Assembly: GCA_049325335.1 (NCBI GenBank)
Contig: JBMOMC010000045.1
Coordinates: forward strand, 154,898 to 218,897
DNA from: Nitrospirota bacterium
GTDB taxonomy: Bacteria > Nitrospirota > Nitrospiria > 2-01-FULL-66-17
Length of the DNA: 64,000 bases
Reading direction: 5' to 3'
Shown here piece after piece: positions 59,734 to 64,000 of the stretch. Under the pieces are notes generated by a model. That model was given only the letters and a program-made list of their open reading frames with translations, was not told the DNA's origin and did not search any database. A program made the position numbers and the translations under genes. How positions within the stretch are numbered: position 1 is the first letter of the stretch; each line of letters begins with the position of its first letter.

Positions 59734-59760
59734 GACGAACGGAGGTCGGGAAAATCGACA
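59734..59760 (-). promoter_or_regulatory. ECF42-type promoter
   Basis: TGTCGA, 17 nt, CGTC upstream of yciI-sigma. Confidence 0.7.
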
Positions 59761-59789
59761 ACCCAACAACCAGTTAAAACTCGAAATAT

Positions 59790-60161
59790 CTATTTGTGAG
59801 TCGATCGCTTCCGCTGATGTTTCGCCGTGACGCGCTTGGCGGGAAGCGTGGACACGAAATCGACCCCGCGCGCAACCCACTTCGAGAGCGCGGCATCGGT
59901 CTGATACCCAGCGGGGTCGACATAGACCATCCCCTTCAGCGGACGGCCGCTAAAGTCCATCGGCCGCGCGTGGGGCTGAGCGAGCGCTTCCTCGTAGCGA
60001 GCGGGTCCAACGCGTACCATGAACGCGGCGTGGGTAAGACCGCAGCACATGCTTCCATTCACCATGAAGCACAACCCACCGAACATTTTCTTCTCGACGA
60101 CGTCGGTTCGCCCAGAAAGCATCCGTCGTAGCCGGTCGGCTGTTTTTTCGTCGTAGCCCAT
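59790..60161 (-). CDS. TfoX N-terminal domain protein
   Basis: YDE..ADR, EKKMFGGLCFMVNG, MDFSGRPLKG. Confidence 0.88.
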   Translation of the reverse strand: MGYDEKTADRLRRMLSGRTDVVEKKMFGGLCFMVNGSMCCGLTHAAFMVRVGPARYEEALAQPHARPMDFSGRPLKGMVYVDPAGYQTDAALSKWVARGVDFVSTLPAKRVTAKHQRKRSTHK

Positions 60162-60169
60162 CGCCACGA

Positions 60170-60482
60170 TCAGACGATCTTCGCGCCCTTCGGCGGCTTC
60201 GGTTCACCGACCGTCCGGTAGAACCACAGCTCGTACCCGTAGGGGGTCGACCACCTTGAACGTCCGGTCGCCCCGCCACTGCGTCCCCAGCGGCGCGGTG
60301 ATCTTCACCCCGCGCTGCTTCACGTCATCGTGATACGTGTCGACGTCCGCAATCTCCAGGTAGATCTCAACCGGACGTTTGGTCGGGTACGCGGCTTTCG
60401 ATCCCTCGACCTTCTCGGGCAGCCGGGTCAGCATGATCTTGGCACCACCCAGCGTGACGGTGCCAAAATTATAACTTGGCAT
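60170..60482 (-). pseudogene. VOC/glyoxalase family pseudogene
   Basis: N-terminus missing; extra base in the run at 60242-60246; the corrected frame gives ...GDRTFKVVDPYGYELWF...AKIV*. Confidence 0.75.
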
Positions 60483-60491
60483 TTGCTGTTC

Positions 60492-60926
60492 CTAGCTGAT
60501 CCAACCCTTGCTCTCGGCCCGCTTCGAATACCAGATCAAAAACACCGCCACCACCAGCGGCATCAGAATAAACATCGAGATCTCGAAGGGGCCGTAGTCG
60601 ATTGTCGAACCGGCCATGCCAAGGTAAGGGGTCATTTGTACAATCACGCCGAGTAGGGACGCGATAAACAAATAGAACGCAACCGACTTCCTGAGCAGGA
60701 GCAGAAGGCAGCCGAGCGCGCCGCCGAAAACGGCTATCGCAAACGCTCCGGTGGCCCATGCGGGTCGGCCTTCGATTATCGCGCGCTGCGCCTCGGGCAT
60801 AGCAGCGAGCGTGCCTGCATTCATTTGCCCGAAGAAATTCATGACACCCATCACATTCCAGATCAGCGCGACAGCGCCAATTGCCCAGAAACTCCAGTGA
60901 ACACCACCAACGGTCTTATCGTTCAT
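60492..60926 (-). CDS. Hypothetical 4-TM membrane protein
   Basis: HWSFW..ALIWN, PAWATGAFAIAVFGG; strong RBS. Confidence 0.8.
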   Translation of the reverse strand: MNDKTVGGVHWSFWAIGAVALIWNVMGVMNFFGQMNAGTLAAMPEAQRAIIEGRPAWATGAFAIAVFGGALGCLLLLLRKSVAFYLFIASLLGVIVQMTPYLGMAGSTIDYGPFEISMFILMPLVVAVFLIWYSKRAESKGWIS

Positions 60927-61055
60927 CGCATCCTCCTATTGCTTGCTATTCTCTTGGCCACCTCGACGCAGTATTAGCCAGCAAGAGGTCCCCTCGCCGG
61001 ACGCACATCTTTCCTGTCGTCTCGATGAGAAGAAATCTCCGAGAAACGCACGAGC

Positions 61056-61343
61056 CTACATCGACCTCAATTCGTAGATTCGAATGCTCGCAATAAAAGG
61101 ATTACTTTTTGCAAGTTTCTCGGCAGCGTCGAGACTCTCCGCCTCGATGATGTTGTACCCAGTAATGGACTCCATATTCCATGGGAGGTCCCTGGTTCCA
61201 TTTTTCGAGATTTCTCGACCACCACCGAACCCGCCCTGGTCCACTTGTTTGTCGGAGATTGATTCGAACCAAGCCTCCCAAGCCTTCATGATTTTCGGGG
61301 TGGGTTTTTCAAATCCGAAATGCAGGAACATAAACTTCTTCAT
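61056..61343 (-). CDS. YciI-related protein
   Basis: AWEAWF, ITGYNIIEAESLDAAEKLA, IRIYE. Confidence 0.75.
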   Translation of the reverse strand: MKKFMFLHFGFEKPTPKIMKAWEAWFESISDKQVDQGGFGGGREISKNGTRDLPWNMESITGYNIIEAESLDAAEKLAKSNPFIASIRIYELRSM

Positions 61344-61394
61344 GTCTCTCTCCTTTAGTTCAAGGGTGTCCTTTACTTGTGGGAAAGGTCTGTC

Positions 61395-61730
61395 TCACTT
61401 CTTTTTTGCCGGCAGAGAGGCCGCGTAGCGCACCCCCACTTCGACCCACTGTGCTAACGCCCTGTCGTCGGCAAGCCCTTTCGCTTGCACCAGAATCCAG
61501 CCCTTCATGGGACGCCCTGACAGGTCGAAGATGCGGGTGTGTGGCTGGCTCAGCGCGCGTTCGGTTTCATCCGGGGGAAGGCGCACAATCAGTTCCTGTC
61601 CGTGAACCCCGCAGCACATGTTGCCGTTCAATAGAAAGGCCAGACCGCCGAACATCTTCTTCTCAACCACGCCACGGCGAGTACCAAGGTGCTTGCGGAT
61701 GCGCTCCCCCAGTTTGTCGTCAATCGCCAT
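61395..61730 (-). CDS. TfoX N-terminal domain protein
   Basis: EKKMFGGLAFLLNGNMCCG, SGRPMKGW. Confidence 0.88.
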   Translation of the reverse strand: MAIDDKLGERIRKHLGTRRGVVEKKMFGGLAFLLNGNMCCGVHGQELIVRLPPDETERALSQPHTRIFDLSGRPMKGWILVQAKGLADDRALAQWVEVGVRYAASLPAKKK

Positions 61731-61744
61731 CGGATTTCTCCCCG

Positions 61745-61850
61745 TTACAGGATCGCCGCCAGATCGTGAGGCAGCCGTTCCAGCCCCACTCGCGCCTTTT
61801 TGGGCTGAGGAGGAACTCGTGCGTCAGCACCAGATCCGTTGTAGTACTGG
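61745..61850 (-). pseudogene. C-terminal fragment of an SRPBCC/AHSA1 gene
   Basis: TDLVLTHEFL...EWGWNGCL, frameshift, DLAAIL*. Confidence 0.6.
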
Positions 61851-61871
61851 GCGGGTCCGGACCCGAGTGAA

Positions 61872-62240
61872 CTACCGGCCCCTCCCGCGTGGCTTTGGTG
61901 GTTTCCTAGCGGAACGGTGTTCGAGGGTGGCGACGAACGCGGCGCCTCGCTCGACCCACTTCTTGATCGCCTCCTCGGTCTGGCAACCGCCCGGCCCCAC
62001 GAAGACGTACCCCTTCATCGGCCGACCCGTGAAGTCCATCGGGCGCACGTGACCCTCACCCAGCGCCGCTTCGTACCGGTCGGGCCCGACGCGCACCATG
62101 AGGTCGTGCTTGATGATCCCGCAGAACATTTTCCCCTTCAGCAGGAAGGCCAAGCCACCGAACATCTTCTTCTCGGTCACGTCCGGTCGAGGCCCCACGG
62201 CTCGGCGGACTCGGTCAGCGAGCACCTCGTCGTAGGCCAT
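61872..62240 (-). CDS. TfoX N-terminal domain protein
   Basis: MAYDEVLADRVR, EKKMFGG, MDFTGRPMKG. Confidence 0.88.
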   Translation of the reverse strand: MAYDEVLADRVRRAVGPRPDVTEKKMFGGLAFLLKGKMFCGIIKHDLMVRVGPDRYEAALGEGHVRPMDFTGRPMKGYVFVGPGGCQTEEAIKKWVERGAAFVATLEHRSARKPPKPRGRGR

Positions 62241-62246
62241 CCTCGG

Positions 62247-62711
62247 TTACTCCTTGCCCGATGGACGCCGTCCGGTCTCGACGTAGTGTTTGAGCCCGGC
62301 GAAGAAGCCCTGAATGCCTGCGTTCCACTTCTTCCGGACCATCAACGCGTCCATCAGTTTGCCCACCGGACCGAACCTGAGCTCGTACTCCATCCGCTGG
62401 CGCACGATCGTCCCCGAGCCGTCGGGGGTGAGCGCGTAGCTGTGCCTCAGACGACGAACCGGAAGGGTGCATTCGAAGAGCTCGAATGACAGCGCCCGGC
62501 TCGGGGTCCAGTCCACGACCCTCTCCTTAAACCACCCACCGGGCGCGAGGTGGCAGCGACGCGCCGCCCCGGGCCCTTCCCGCGACGACGTGACGATTTC
62601 CGATTTCGTGACACCGGGGTCGTATCGATCCAGGTCGTCCAGGGACGCAAGGACGGACCAGACTTTCTCGGGTGGCGCATCGATCCGGATGGAGTTCTCG
62701 AGAACCGTCAT
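62247..62711 (-). CDS. SRPBCC (polyketide cyclase-like) protein
   Basis: SIRIDAPPEKVWSVL, GPGAARRC, LKHYVETG. Confidence 0.85.
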   Translation of the reverse strand: MTVLENSIRIDAPPEKVWSVLASLDDLDRYDPGVTKSEIVTSSREGPGAARRCHLAPGGWFKERVVDWTPSRALSFELFECTLPVRRLRHSYALTPDGSGTIVRQRMEYELRFGPVGKLMDALMVRKKWNAGIQGFFAGLKHYVETGRRPSGKE

Positions 62712-63193
62712 GTGGATGCCTCCTTCGTTCTTCGCACCTTGACTCGGTGGGTCGTGCCGCGACCGTCAGCGTGCGGTTCGCTCCCCGCAGCGCGGAGTGC
62801 CGAGCGAAGCTCGGCTTCAAGCCTCGCGCGATCGCGACGAATGCGCCGCACGAAGCGACGGTCAGCGGCCGTTCGCGGGTCGTATTTTGCGCTCCACTCG
62901 ATGATATCCAGCATGACCGGGAGGAGATCGATTCCCTTTGCCGTGAGCCGATACCGGCCGGTGCCACGCCCATCACGGCTCGCGACCTTCTCGATCACGC
63001 CATCCTCCTCCAGGCGCGCGAGCCGATCGGCCAGAACGTTGGTCGCGATGCCCTCCTCGGCTCGGAGGAAGTCAGTGTAGCTCGTGCGGCCCTTGAACAT
63101 GAGGTCGCGGATGAGGAGGAGAGACCACGCGTCCCCGAACACCTCAAGCGCGAAGTGCACGGGACAGTCGGATTTCCGATGGCGACGTCTCAC
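62708..63193 (-). CDS. HxlR family winged-helix regulator
   Basis: SDCPVHFALEVFGDAWSLLLIRDL, EGIATNVLADRL, YRLTAKG. Confidence 0.9.
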   Translation of the reverse strand: MRRRHRKSDCPVHFALEVFGDAWSLLLIRDLMFKGRTSYTDFLRAEEGIATNVLADRLARLEEDGVIEKVASRDGRGTGRYRLTAKGIDLLPVMLDIIEWSAKYDPRTAADRRFVRRIRRDRARLEAELRSALRAAGSEPHADGRGTTHRVKVRRTKEAST

Positions 63194-63211
63194 GGGTCGG
63201 AATCAGATTAC

Positions 63212-63261
63212 TTGCCTTTAACAAAGGCAATGCGTAGCACAACAACTTGTCAAAAGCAAGT
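63212..63261. promoter_or_regulatory. Two palindromes upstream of the HxlR gene (candidate operators)
   Basis: TTGCCTTT-AAC-AAAGGCAA and ACTTG-N7-CAAGT. Confidence 0.5.
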
Positions 63262-63367
63262 GAAATGATATGGCTGGGAGTGTCCGCCTTCGGCGGACCC
63301 GGGCGCCGCCAGCCTTCGCCGTGGTCCCAATACCGTGACGTCGATGTAGACGTCGGCTCACACTGAT

Positions 63368-63664
63368 TCAGGTTCGTATCACTTCATAAAGACCGGGGTA
63401 GAACCGCAGGTCCGCCATCGATGCGTCGGCGATCGCCTTGACTTGCGGGTTCTGTAGTGCCGCCCCGAACTGCTCCGCAGAAGCCCATTCTGAGATGCTG
63501 ACCAGATGAAAACGGGCATCAGAGCTGATCGCCCGATGGAGGGCGGTCGAAACGTAGCCCGGCTGTTTGCGAAAATAGTCCGCGAACTTCTCCCAGGTCG
63601 CCAGCGCCTCGTTCTCCTTGCCTTTCGGTACTTCGAACGGGTTGATCACGATCACAGTCGCCAT
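63368..63664 (-). CDS. Antibiotic biosynthesis monooxygenase (ABM) family protein
   Basis: VINPFEVP, KQPGYVSTALHR, EWAS, PGLYEV. Confidence 0.85.
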   Translation of the reverse strand: MATVIVINPFEVPKGKENEALATWEKFADYFRKQPGYVSTALHRAISSDARFHLVSISEWASAEQFGAALQNPQVKAIADASMADLRFYPGLYEVIRT

Positions 63665-63799
63665 GTTGCCTCCTCACGATCACTTCGTTGGTAGCCAGGC
63701 CGCGTATTTGATCCAACTTTAACCAGACTGCTAACGACGCGGCGGTTGGCCCCCAATCCATCCCGTCATGAGACGGACAGAGAGGCCGAGGCTACGAGT

Positions 63800-63851
63800 G
63801 TACGGCTGGCCCGCATAGCGGGCCAGCCGTACCTGCAACGTATTGTTAGAC
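63800..63851 (+). repeat. attC-like hairpin lacking a clear left arm
   Basis: Perfect 15-bp stem GTACGGCTGGCCCGC-ATA-GCGGGCCAGCCGTAC, then ...TATTGTTAGAC (GTTRRRY core). Confidence 0.45.
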
Positions 63852-63976
63852 ACTAAGAGCCCACTCGCAGGACGCAGAGATCGTCCTAAACTTAGTTGAG
63901 ATTGGAGTAGCGGCTCCTGATGTGGTGAAGTGGGTGTCGGCGAAGACATCCCCAACGCACACACAGGAGGAGCCGC

Positions 63977-64000
63977 ATGAAACGGACAGTAGCGAAGTCG
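63977..64000 (+). CDS. Start of a gene running off the window
   Basis: AGGAGG RBS, then ATG AAA CGG ACA GTA GCG AAG TCG. Confidence 0.45.

Overview
High-GC bacterial chromosome segment; the gene order is compatible with Nitrospirota or a similar diderm lineage (inference only). 1-16.5 kb is core genome: a partial beta-propeller lipoprotein, hsp20-hspR-clpB, a lytic transglycosylase, nadB, a 29-aa bS22-like ORF, a BepA-like protease and yceD-rpmF-plsX-fabH-fabD-fabG-acpP-fabF-rnc. 16.7-23.2 kb is a type I restriction-modification locus (hsdR-hsdS-fic-hsdM). It is followed by a pteridine-reductase/QueD/divergent-QueC operon, purMN and tRNA-Ala(CGC). The main signal is an ~18.9 kb integrase-less island bounded by the tRNA-Ala 3' end and a 48-bp copy of it, with matching arm-type repeats inside both ends. 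Its cargo is a single riboswitch-controlled 22-gene cobalamin operon (anaerobic cbi route plus bluB and pduX). The operon has no cbiJ, ends in a truncated cobC-like stub, and has a MITE-like element at the cobT-cobS junction. A degenerate third tRNA-end copy follows the island. Beyond it is an accessory region with a duplicated MMPL/RND + LolA-like + OM-barrel system, two TetR regulators, an ECF42 sigma factor with YciI, three TfoX paralogues, several gene relics and an attC-like hairpin. All product calls come from motif recognition by eye; no database searches were run.
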